The notes beneath the pieces are model-generated. The model did not search any database, had not been told where the DNA came from, and saw only the letters and a program-made list of their open reading frames with translations. Positions 32,652 through 42,947 of a stretch of 64,000 bases of DNA are shown here, piece by piece. The DNA is from Naegleria gruberi (lineage: Eukaryota). The first letter of the stretch is position 1. Every line of letters begins with the position of its first letter. A program made the translations under genes and the position numbers. The stretch lies in NCBI GenBank assembly GCA_000004985.1, contig GG738860.1. One strand, given 5' to 3'.

Positions 32652-35196
32652 ATGCATCTCGTCACCCTAGCAACCTGTAACCTCGATCAGTGGTCTCTCG
32701 ATTTTACTGGGAACTTGGAAAGAATCAAGGAAAGTATTAAAATTTCAAAGGAAAAGGGAGCTCGTTATAGGTGTGGCCCAGAACTTGAAGTTTGTGGATA
32801 TGGTTGTGAAGATCACTTTCTTGAGAATGATACCTATACTCATTGTATGTTGTTGTATTAGTATTTCCATGATCCGAAGGTGGTATTAAATATTTTTGAT
32901 ATTATGATGAATTGATGATAATTTCAAAATTTCAATTTAGCAATGGAATGTTTGGCTGAATTGTTGAAGAGCGATTTAACTGATGATATTCTTGTAGATA
33001 TTGGTATGCCAATAATGCATAAGAGTGTAAGATATAATTGTAGAGTATTTCTATTGAATAGAAAAATTGTATTGATTCGTCCAAAATTGTTTTTGGCAAA
33101 CGATGGAAATTATAGAGAGACTAGATGGTTCTGGTAGGTTTTATTTCCTTCAATACGTATTGTTGACCTCGATTTACTTGTCTTTTGATTGATGGCTATT
33201 GAACTAATTGGAATATTTATCTAATATTTGATTTTAAAATTTGAAAAAGTGCTTGGACAAAGAGATTTGCTATTGAAGATTTCGTTCTCCCAGATTTTAT
33301 GAGAGAATTGACTGGTCAGAGAACCGTTCCAATTGGTGATTGTATTATTTCATTGAATGATACTGATTTGGCTGTTGAAACTTGTGAAGAATTGTTCACC
33401 CCAAACTCTCCTAATATTTATCTAGGTCTGGATGGTGTGGAAATTATTAGTAATGGATCTGGAAGTCATCATTCTCTTCGTAAATTGCATACTCGTATTG
33501 ATTTAATCAAGAATGCAACTGCTAAGAACGGCTTAGTATATCTTTATGCCAATCAACTAGGTTGTGATGGTGGAAGACTTTTATTTGATGGTTGTGCAAT
33601 GATTTGTTGTAATGGAGTGCTTCTTGCTCAAGGTTCTCAATTTTCCTTGAAACAGGTTGAAGTTGTGACGTAAGTTTTGATTGGATTTTTCAAGTATTTA
33701 AAATCAAAAGTGCCAATGTTGATTTAGATCAAGTGAGAGCATTTAGAAATAAGATTGCCAGTAGATCTGTGCAAGCTTCTGAATCTAGAGAATTCCCTAG
33801 AGTTCGTATTGATTTCACACTCAAAATTTCACACTATTCTCAAAGTTTGAAACCAACTCACCCAGTAGATGTCAAGTATTTCACAACCAATGAAGAAATT
33901 GCCCTAGGTCCAGCTTGTTACTTGTTCGATTATTTGAGAAGATCTAGCCAGGGTGGATATTTCCTTCCATTATCTGGAGGAGCTGATTCTAGTGCTACCG
34001 CTACTATTGTAAGCTTCTTTTATTTTCTACTGAATCTAAAATATTTTGTCAAATACTTATCATGTTATGCTTAATTTTTTTCTAGGTTGGATCAATGTGT
34101 CAATTGATTTATAAGGATTGTATTGAGGAAGCTAACTCATATGAGGAGGAATACAATAAGAAAATTGTCTTGAAGGAAATTAGAAGAATTTGTTCAAAGG
34201 GAGATGAGTGGATTCCATCCTCTCCAAAGGAAATTGCTAATATTATTTTCGTTACTTGTTATATGGGTACAGTGAATAGTTCAAATGAAACCAGAAACAG
34301 AGCTAAACAATTGGCTTCAGAAATTGGATCTCATCATATGGATATTGATATTGATACAGTTGTTAATTCAATGAAGGATTTATTTACCACTACTACTGGT
34401 AAAACTCCATCATTTGAGGGAAGTGCTGGAGAAAATATTGCTCTCCAGAATATTCAAGCCAGATTGAGAATGGTTGTCAGTTATTACTTTGCTCAATTAA
34501 TGAATTGGAGTAGAGATTTCAAACCAAAGAATTTACTTGTTCTAGGTTCTTCCAATGTTGATGAAGCTTTGAGAGGATATTTCACTAAATATGACTGCAG
34601 TTCTGCTGATATTAATCCTATTGGAAGTATTTCAAAGACTGACTTGAAAAAATTCCTCTTGTATGCCTCTGACAATTTGGGTTATCCTTCACTAAAGGAA
34701 GTTTTACAAGCCAAACCAACAGCTGAACTACAACCTCTCGAATCTCATCAAACAGATGAAGAAGATATGGGTTTGACCTATGATGAACTTTCTCGTTTTG
34801 GTATTTTAAGAAAGGTCTACGGTACGTGTTGTGTGAATATTAAGAATTGTTTATTAACATTTTTATTAATTGATTTATTGAATTTTTATTTAAATAGGAA
34901 ATGGACCTGTTGAATGTTTCAATAATCTAGTTTATGAATGGAGAGACAAGATGAGTATTCTTCAAATTGCTGATAAGGTTAAACGTTTCTACAGATACTA
35001 TGCAATCAATCGTCACAAAATGACCACTCTCACACCATCCTATCACTGCGAATCCTACAGTCCAGAAGACAATAGGTTTGACCTGAGACAATTTCTCTAT
35101 CCTGTTGATTTCCAATGGCAATTCAAACAAATTGATGATTTAGTAATTCAATATCAAGAGGAGGAAGAGAAGGTTAAAAAGAGTAGTAAATTGTAA
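32652..35196 (+). CDS. NADSYN1: glutamine-dependent NAD+ synthetase; 6 exons
   Basis: Approximate exons: 32652-32844, 32941-33133, 33250-33669, 33711-34008, 34086-34821 and 34898-35196. Donors are GTATGT, GTAGGT, GTAAGT, GTAAGC and GTACGT. The spliced protein aligns end to end with human NADSYN1/yeast Qns1: the nitrilase domain ([16 protein letters not shown]..., [34 protein letters not shown]), the PP-loop SGGADSS, and the C-terminus [20 protein letters not shown]. Confidence 0.9.
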
Positions 35197-35306
35197 ACTG
35201 TTTGTTTTAGTACAGAGATCTTAGTTACAATAATTCACTAATTAGCCGCTTAACTTGAATACCTAAACATTTAATTTTCGGAGTTAAAACTCCCATCTTT
35301 AAAAAA

Positions 35307-36185
35307 ATGAGTGATAACAAGAAACAACTTTCTATTGTCATCTTGTTGGTATTGATTGTGTTATTCTCAAGTGTTGGCCTAGCTCTTGCAGCTCCAATAC
35401 TAAAACCAGCAACACCATCAACCAACACACAAAATATTCGTCTCATTAGTTTTGATTTATTCGCTGCCCTGATGGATACCGGTTCCTCTATTATTGACAA
35501 CATTATCAGAGTGCTTTCTCCGTATTGTAGCAAGGATGAAGCAACACATTTAGCAGAAGAGTGGTTGAATCACTATGCAGGGACATTTTGGGAGTATAAT
35601 TCATTGGCCAGGGATCCGAATATGAAATTTGAAAATTCCAATATTTTCCAATTAATGTTACAAACTGGATTGGATTTTAATTTGAAAAGAATGAATCTTG
35701 AACATAGAATTCCACCAAATATTAAGCAAGACTTGTATTCAACTTGGTCAGAATTGAAGCCATGGCCAAATACAGGAAGAGTTCTTAATTTATTGAGGAA
35801 TATGACAGATTCGAATGGACAAAGAAGATTTAAACTTGCTGTCTTATCTAATGGAGATCGTTTGACTCTTCAAAACGCCACTCAAATCTTCAAAATTGAA
35901 AATGGTTTTGAATTTGATTATGTGATTGGTTCTAGTGATAGTGGACTTTTCAAACCAGATCCATTATTCTATGGAATGGTTGAAAAAATTTCAGGTTTGA
36001 ATAGAAATCAAATTCTTCATGTTGGAGGTTCAATGTACGATGCTAGAGGTGCTAAGGGATATGGATATATGGCTGCACTCAATTTCGGTAATCCAAACGA
36101 ATTTATCAACTTGACAGGTAATCCACAATATCAAATTGACTTTTTCTTGAAGGACCTGTCAGATTTACTTAAAATACTTCAATAA
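35307..36185 (+). CDS. L-2-haloacid dehalogenase-like HAD-II hydrolase with N-terminal signal peptide/anchor; intronless
   Basis: HAD motif I ISFDLFAALMDT (nucleophile Asp, no second Asp, as in L-DEX), motif II LSNGD, motif III FKPDP (Lys), and motif IV GGSMYDARGAKGYG. The N-terminus MSDNKKQLSIVILLVLIVLFSSVGLALA is hydrophobic. Confidence 0.7.
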   Translation: MSDNKKQLSIVILLVLIVLFSSVGLALAAPILKPATPSTNTQNIRLISFDLFAALMDTGSSIIDNIIRVLSPYCSKDEATHLAEEWLNHYAGTFWEYNSLARDPNMKFENSNIFQLMLQTGLDFNLKRMNLEHRIPPNIKQDLYSTWSELKPWPNTGRVLNLLRNMTDSNGQRRFKLAVLSNGDRLTLQNATQIFKIENGFEFDYVIGSSDSGLFKPDPLFYGMVEKISGLNRNQILHVGGSMYDARGAKGYGYMAALNFGNPNEFINLTGNPQYQIDFFLKDLSDLLKILQ

Positions 36186-36224
36186 ATTAATAATCAATAA
36201 TTCTAACTTTGCAAGTTATCATAA

Positions 36225-39166
36225 TTATTCTCTCCAAAGACCCTCAAAACCCAAGTCAGTAATTTCTGTCAGAAGCCTTCTTGCATGTACAGAATTGTCA
36301 ATCAAACTTTCAAACGAAATATTATTTGAAGAGTTTCTCAATAAAAGTAATTCACCCAACTTGTTACCAATATGTTGCTCAAATGAATTTGATTCCTTCA
36401 TCCATTTTTCAACCGAATAAATATTCAATCTATCAATAACAGGATTTTTCTCATTCCTTGTTCTAGCTGATTCCTTATATGGTAGAGTAGCTAGATAGTA
36501 ACACAAAAACATATCCTTAACCTTAAAATATACTTCCTCAGACATGACTACAATGTTTGGTTTCGACCTTGAAATCATGTAATTGCAAATAGCAACAGTT
36601 TCACCAAAGCATGAAAAATTAATTCTGCTCGATGTTGAGCCAGTATATCCCAGAACAATTTTACCACTGGATATAGCAATTTTGAATGAGAAAGTTGACC
36701 CTCTGCATTCAAATTGTTTGATTACCTCAATTTTTTCTTGAAGTATTTGCTGAACTTCGTATCCAGTAACACAAGCTTTCAGTTCATGATTTTCCACTGG
36801 AAGGCTACTATCATTCCACAAGGCATACAACTTGACACCGTTAACAACACTCAAATCAAAAACAAATCCATCATTGGCGTGAACAGCTCCGGTTATTTCT
36901 GAAATGATAGAATTTAAAATTTGGCAATAGTATTCAGAGCCAACAACTGACTGAATTTCACCAACATCCTCCAAATCGACAATCATCATAGTCATTTGTT
37001 GCTTTTTCATTGGGAACATCGGTTCTGTCTCTGATGATTTCAACACTGACTTGACTACCAATTCGGGACAAAATAAGGAAAAGTAAAAGATTGATTTTCT
37101 AAACTTTTCCACAGAGCTTTCCATCTTTCTAATGTCATGAAAGACACTCGTTGTATCTACCACCAAAGTTCTGGTACCATCCAATCTCAAAATATTATTC
37201 ATAATCTTATTCAATCTCTGTAGGGGATAGGTGATGGTTTTAAGAATGATAATCAGTACAACAGTTCCTAAACTAACCAACAAGATTAGAACGATTACTG
37301 ATATCAAGCTCGTATTAATAATATACGTAAGGAAACCAGTGTGATCAGTAATAATAATGACCTTTACAAATAGGCCATGAATTAGAAAGGAGTTAGCACT
37401 GAAATAATAGTCATTTCCGTTCACTGAAATATCACCACTAAGTACTCTACTACTATCTGATTCACCATTAACGGAGGAGAAATTGGAAAAGTTATATGCT
37501 TGCATTAACTTGAAAATTTCATAGTAAATAGTCTCATTACTAAAGTCTTGTGGAAATGTCTGAATGGACTGTGGTTCATTTAAGACTTTGGAAGCCTTGT
37601 GATTAATGGAGGCTGCCAACACGTGATTAGACTTGTCTAGAATAATCACTGTATTACCGGGCTCAGTGGTTGAATTGAGAAAATCTGAAATAGATTTTGT
37701 AAGGTACTGAATACCAGCCACACCAACAAACTTTCCACTTGTTTGATCTCTCACAAGCAATGACTGAGTAATTGAGAGTCTTGACTCGGATTTGAAAATG
37801 TCACTCCACACAGTATACTGTTTGGATGGAGGAAAATCAAAACTAGTGGTATTCACACTGTCTGTAATAGCCTTAAACCAAGGTCTAACTAAAATATTGA
37901 ATGAAAAATTCTGAAACTTGTAGCTTGATGTTTGAATGACATTATCCACAATTTCATATCTCAAATGTGATGTTTTGCAGAAAGTCTTGTCTGTGAGATC
38001 AGATGGGTTTGTAATATTTGTTTGGATGCAAGGTATCAGTGTAAATCTGTCTGTACCCTTATTTGCGTAAAGAACTATCATATTATCAGCTCTTCCAAAG
38101 TAAATATAATCCAAGTGGTCCGTATATGAACCAGTCATTGACATTACCCTTGCCCATCTTGTTAAATTATAAGGATTGACTCCAAGAGCTACCAATTCCC
38201 CATGCAGAGTTTTAGTAATAAAGCCTGCTGGATTAACAAAGTAATGAACCTCATTCGATAATTTTTGATAGACCACAGAGTGTTGCAATAAGACAACTTG
38301 TCTAGCCGTCTATTTTAATATGATTGATTATCCATTATTTCAGAAAAGTATTTAGAATTAGAAAAGTTCACAAGATAAGTGAAATAACAAAGTTTCGATA
38401 ATATCCGCATCAAATAATGCAATGGTGAATATTTTTCATCAAGATAAGAATAACTACTTACGGTTTCTCCTGCACTAAATAAAACTCCAAAGGTTGTTCC
38501 TATTGATATGGCAGCCTGAAATAAAAAGACCAACACGAGCACATTCATCACTGTGAATAGTGAGGGAATAAGGGAGAAGAGTTTCTTAATAGCCTTTGCA
38601 CATTTGTGGAGGAGAGGATATGATTCTTCAGGATTATGTAATGTGCCAGTCTTATTTTCAGTTCCATGACTATCTGGTGGCTCAATTGATTGCTCCTTTG
38701 GTTGTTGATTGAGGATGATTTGATTATCATCGACCAGGCTATTCACTGGAGGTTGAGCCAAGCTTATTGTACTCCGCGAGGTAATAATGTTATTCTGTGA
38801 GGTTGCTGTCATTTCATTAAATGTTGATTCATCTATTATTCCATTGTAGTTGTTATTGTTATTATTGTTACAAAGTCTATTATTGTTAGAAGCAGTTGAA
38901 GTGGAAGAATCATGTTTTTCAACACCATGATTAACATTATGATTGAACAATGTACTGGGTGATGATATCATACTTGTATGATGATAATACTGTTGTTGAC
39001 CATTATTAGTATTTTGGGATGATGAAGATGATGACTGTATTCCTCTCATTTCGGAGAGCTCAATCGTCGACGATAGCGAGCCAGGATACACAGCATAGGA
39101 AGATGTTGTCTCAAAAGAACGCCGTATCGTGTGTTGAGAGAGGCCCTGTTGTTGACTTTGGGGCAT
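36225..39166 (-). CDS. sensor nucleotidyl (adenylyl/guanylyl) cyclase, class III, ACG-like. Topology: cytoplasmic Q/N-rich N-terminus, TM, extracellular Cache/CHASE-like sensor, TM, cyclase domain. Two exons.
   Basis: Exon 1 runs about 38462-39166, from a real ATG (MPQSQQQ...), through TM helix LIPSLFTVMNVLVLVFLFQAAISIGTTFGVLF, and ends ...SAGET before a GTAAGT donor. Exon 2 runs 36225 to about 38309. The ORF there has no ATG, and the phase-0 acceptor ...aaaatag gives TARQVVLLQHSVVYQ. The extracellular ligand-binding-like region (GKFVGVAGIQYLTKSISDF) is followed by TM2 (SLISVIVLILLVSLGTVVLIIIL) and the cyclase domain (FSCFGETVAICNYMISRSKPNIVVMSEEVYFKV). Confidence 0.7.
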
Positions 39167-39408
39167 TTTCTTTGTTTATTTAAAGGGATGTGATATGATA
39201 GCGGCCTCTAAAGGCAAGTTTGCTTGACCAAAATAGTGAGCATTACCATGCCGCTTCGTGGAGTTTTTGAGAATACAATATAATAATTAAGGTCATAAAG
39301 AGGTATTTATTTGTCACAATGGTCACTAAATTGTTCAAAGCTTCTCACAGTTGGAATGGTCAATTGATGAATACTCACTAGTTTCAATTATTTTGATCAG
39401 CATAATGT

Positions 39409-39777
39409 TTAACACCATCTGTATGGATGATAACCACCATAACCACCATAGTATGGAATACCATAACCACCATATCCACCATAGTAAGGCATTGAGTATG
39501 CAGAGTTGTAATTATTTCCGTAGGAGGTTGGTCCTCTGTAATAAGATCCATAGCTTGCATAAGGTTGATAATTGATGGCATTGATTTGATTTGAATAGGC
39601 TTGAGTGTTTTGAGCATATTGATTATAGCTACCACCTGAAACACCATAATTTTGACCAGCACCACCATAAGAACCATATGCACTATTGTAAGCATTGTTA
39701 TATTGGCCACTAACAAGTGCCGAGCACAAAGAGACGATAATTGCAATTGCAACACAACAAATAATGTTCTTATTCAT
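39409..39777 (-). CDS. small secreted Gly/Tyr/Ser/Asn-rich protein
   Basis: Signal peptide MNKNIICCVAIAIIVSLCSALVSG, then GY-rich repeats (YGGYGGYGIPYYGGYGGYHPY). An alternative in-frame ATG lies at 39813. Confidence 0.55.
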   Translation of the reverse strand: MNKNIICCVAIAIIVSLCSALVSGQYNNAYNSAYGSYGGAGQNYGVSGGSYNQYAQNTQAYSNQINAINYQPYASYGSYYRGPTSYGNNYNSAYSMPYYGGYGGYGIPYYGGYGGYHPYRWC

Positions 39778-39837
39778 CTTGAGATTTCTTGTTTTTTCTT
39801 GTTTTTGTTTCATTTCACAATCTTTCTTAGAGGGTAT

Positions 39838-39845
39838 TTATAGGT
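39838..39845 (-). promoter_or_regulatory. TATA box (TATAAATA) about 25 bp upstream of the first ATG of the GY-rich gene
   Basis: The plus-strand sequence ggtatttatagg reads ctataaatacc on the minus strand, immediately upstream of the ATG at 39813. Confidence 0.35.
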
Positions 39846-40035
39846 GTTGCAATCTTTCAGAATCAATGTTGTGTTTTTCCAAAATGGTTATTGTATAATT
39901 GTGGAGTTTGTTCATTTTTGTTGTGTCGATATGTTTCGCACGAATTCTATTTACCTGAATTATTTCATTTTTGATCAATTTGGAATTATTACTTTTCAAT
40001 AACCCTTTACAATTTGCATAAAGTCAAAAATCATT

Positions 40036-41271
40036 TCAAGGATCACATGCATATTTGATAAAGTAATCCATTAATCTTTCGTAATTCATTAACTGAAAGA
40101 AATTCTTAACATTTTGAATTCTATTACCCATTGATGAATTATGGAAAGTGTACAAATCCATTTTCCTAACTCTTTTTGGTAAATTATACTCCATCTCAGT
40201 GATTGCATTACTCAGTGCTTCAGTATTATTCTCCTCCACATCGTATTCCTCAATTAATTGAATTACTTTTTGATATATTGGTTTTTGTAAAACTGATAAG
40301 AGCTTGTTAACCTTCTTTTCAAGTCTATGCGAAAGAATGTTTCTCATTAGTGGGTTTGAATAATTGTTGGAACATTTGAATACTTCTCTGAATGGTCTAT
40401 TACATCCAAAATTCGACAAAACTTTTCCAAGAATCATTAACCATATAGGTATATAATTCAAAGGACTCAAATCATATTGCTTCAATTCAGGAACTATTTG
40501 GTTCAATGCCTTTAGTAATGATTCTTCTCCACTTGTTTCGTATTGATCCTTTCTTTTTCTAAATATAAAAGCATCATGAAGAGGCAGTTCTCTTTCTTCC
40601 TCGTTTACATTGAAAATCTCATTGGATTGGAAATTTTTCAAATCATCTTGCAATGTTGAAATGTAAATGAAAAAGTTCTTTACATATCTGCTATATCCCA
40701 GAAAGTCCATATCGAATGAGAAATTTCTTCTCATAACATATTCTCCTACTCCAATTATTTCAAAAACTAATTTAATTTCAAATGAATCAAAATCCAACTC
40801 TGAGAATGCATACGAATCAAACAATTGAACCAATTCGTCACTATATGACAAGTTACAGTAATAAATTTCTTTAACTCTAATTCTTCCCATCACAAAACCA
40901 ATAAATTGTTTTAATATTCTCTCATCAAACAATGAAGAAATATTCGTGTCTACATTATTTTGAACAGAAATTGAGATAGGTCTTTGATTCGTAATGCTCT
41001 GTTTAATTTCTATTAAATTTGATAATTCATCCCTAATCAATTTCTTATAGATAGAACCACTCTCAGTACCCCCATCACTTGAGTAAATATATTTAGATTT
41101 AAATTCTGAGAGTAGACATTTCCATGATGGACCAGCCATTAAGCGAAAGTAATATTCCCATAAATTATCACTATTACACGCCTGAAACCATTCCGAACAG
41201 ACGAGGGAGTTTGTGATATGACTCCAGTCAAGAAACTGGAAGATGGAGATGAGGTTGTCTTGTACTATCAT
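40036..41271 (-). CDS. F-box-like domain protein (hypothetical)
   Basis: Real ATG. The N-terminus LISIFQFLDWSHITNSLVCSEWFQACNSDNLW fits an F-box. No other domain was recognised. Confidence 0.5.
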   Translation of the reverse strand: MIVQDNLISIFQFLDWSHITNSLVCSEWFQACNSDNLWEYYFRLMAGPSWKCLLSEFKSKYIYSSDGGTESGSIYKKLIRDELSNLIEIKQSITNQRPISISVQNNVDTNISSLFDERILKQFIGFVMGRIRVKEIYYCNLSYSDELVQLFDSYAFSELDFDSFEIKLVFEIIGVGEYVMRRNFSFDMDFLGYSRYVKNFFIYISTLQDDLKNFQSNEIFNVNEEERELPLHDAFIFRKRKDQYETSGEESLLKALNQIVPELKQYDLSPLNYIPIWLMILGKVLSNFGCNRPFREVFKCSNNYSNPLMRNILSHRLEKKVNKLLSVLQKPIYQKVIQLIEEYDVEENNTEALSNAITEMEYNLPKRVRKMDLYTFHNSSMGNRIQNVKNFFQLMNYERLMDYFIKYACDP

Positions 41272-41391
41272 TTTTTTTGATTAGTTTTTTATTTTGTAAT
41301 TTAAATTTAAATTTCAAATTTGGAGGGTTGTGCCATTTTTGGAAATTTAATCTATTGCAGAAGATTTTTTTAATTTTTAATAATATTATAT

Positions 41392-42306
41392 TTAAAATAA
41401 ACTTTCTCTCTTCTTCTCTCGTGCCCTCCTGAATGGAAGGTCTCTTTCGTAAAAATCTTCCAAACAAATAAAGGTATAAATAATAGACAATACATCCATA
41501 TTGAGGTTACATTCACTCTTGAAAACACACATAGTCAGTGTTTGGATTGTTTTTTTTAAGGAAGGCGTCAGGAATCTATGTACATTAGGATGCCATTCAA
41601 ATATCAAATCCCACATATTAACATGATTTTCCCTCATTAAATCATTTGTAGATATTTCATTTCCATCTCTTTTGAAAGGTATCGATGATAAAGCTCCATT
41701 GGAAAGAAGGAAATAATACAATTCTTCATCCTTGGAATTGATAGCAATGTGAAGAGGAGTGTATTCAATTTCAATATTAGTTTCGTTATTTCTATCAAAT
41801 CCATTACTTCTCATACGAGAATAACCATAATAATTGATGTCAGTTCCATAATTGATTAGTGCCTTGATCATTTGTGTTGTTGTATTTCTATGATGCTGGT
41901 GTAAATTACATGCCTCATGAATAGGCAGCTCCTTAACTTTCAAAGGATACTCTTCAGATAATTCAACTCTTCCAGATCCCAAAATATTAGGATTAGCTCC
42001 ATATTCCAATAAACAATTAAATACTTTCAAATTCTGATTAGAGACGCACATATACAAGTATGGATTATATAAATGTCTACTTCTCATATGACGTGTTCCT
42101 TTTACTAAAATTCCAATTGAAATATTTGGATCAGCTCCATATTCGAGAAATAGTCGTATCATTGGCATGTCTTCCTCAGCAACTACCCTTTGAAAAAATG
42201 ATGTAAAATTAGTTGATGAACAACTTTCATTAGGATCGGCCTTATGTTGAAACATTAATTCCATCGCCTCCAATCTATTCGATTTCCAATCCAATACTGT
42301 TTCCAT
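41392..42306 (-). CDS. ankyrin-repeat protein
   Basis: Several ANK repeats are present (TPLHIAINSKDEELYYFLLSNGA, LPIHEACNLHQHHRNTTTQMIKALINYGTDIN, LEYGANPN and so on). Real ATG. Confidence 0.75.
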   Translation of the reverse strand: METVLDWKSNRLEAMELMFQHKADPNESCSSTNFTSFFQRVVAEEDMPMIRLFLEYGADPNISIGILVKGTRHMRSRHLYNPYLYMCVSNQNLKVFNCLLEYGANPNILGSGRVELSEEYPLKVKELPIHEACNLHQHHRNTTTQMIKALINYGTDINYYGYSRMRSNGFDRNNETNIEIEYTPLHIAINSKDEELYYFLLSNGALSSIPFKRDGNEISTNDLMRENHVNMWDLIFEWHPNVHRFLTPSLKKTIQTLTMCVFKSECNLNMDVLSIIYTFICLEDFYERDLPFRRAREKKRESLF

Positions 42307-42947
42307 AATTTCTTCAATATCCGGGGAGTCTTTTCAAAGAAAAAGAAAACTTCCAATCATTATAGGATTTTGTTTTTCACTTACTGTAACAATCTGAGTT
42401 TTCAAAAGTGACACCAATTATTGCATCACTGAAGGCTTTGAAATTCTTATTGGAAGCTGCAGCATACACTTTCTGTCTGGCTTGTTGCATTTTTTTTTTA
42501 ATTGTTGAACCATTGATATTGTAATGAGTTCATCCACAACATACTAAAATGTCTGTGAATCTGTACAGACATTGAATGATTGTCTTTTAACAAAATTGTT
42601 CTTGTTTTTTCCATTGAGCAATTTTTCGATGTAATAGTCCCAACACAATCAACAGTTGTAAATGTCAATATTGACAGGTGGTAAATTAACTGTTAAATTG
42701 TTGTGAATTGAAAACGGTTTTTTCCCGCCTTTTAACAAATCGCGCCCAAATTTTTAGACAAAAAACAAGAAAAAATTGTCTAGATACCTGCTGCGCCCTT
42801 CCCTTCTAGACCAAGCCAGCACAAGCTTCCAACATTCACACGAAGTCAACGGTCTGAGCCAGCAGCTAAACTTTCATCAGCACCACCAAACACTATAGTA
42901 TTTTGGTCGTTAGTTTTAGTAATTATACAACCATCAACAAGAAAAAG

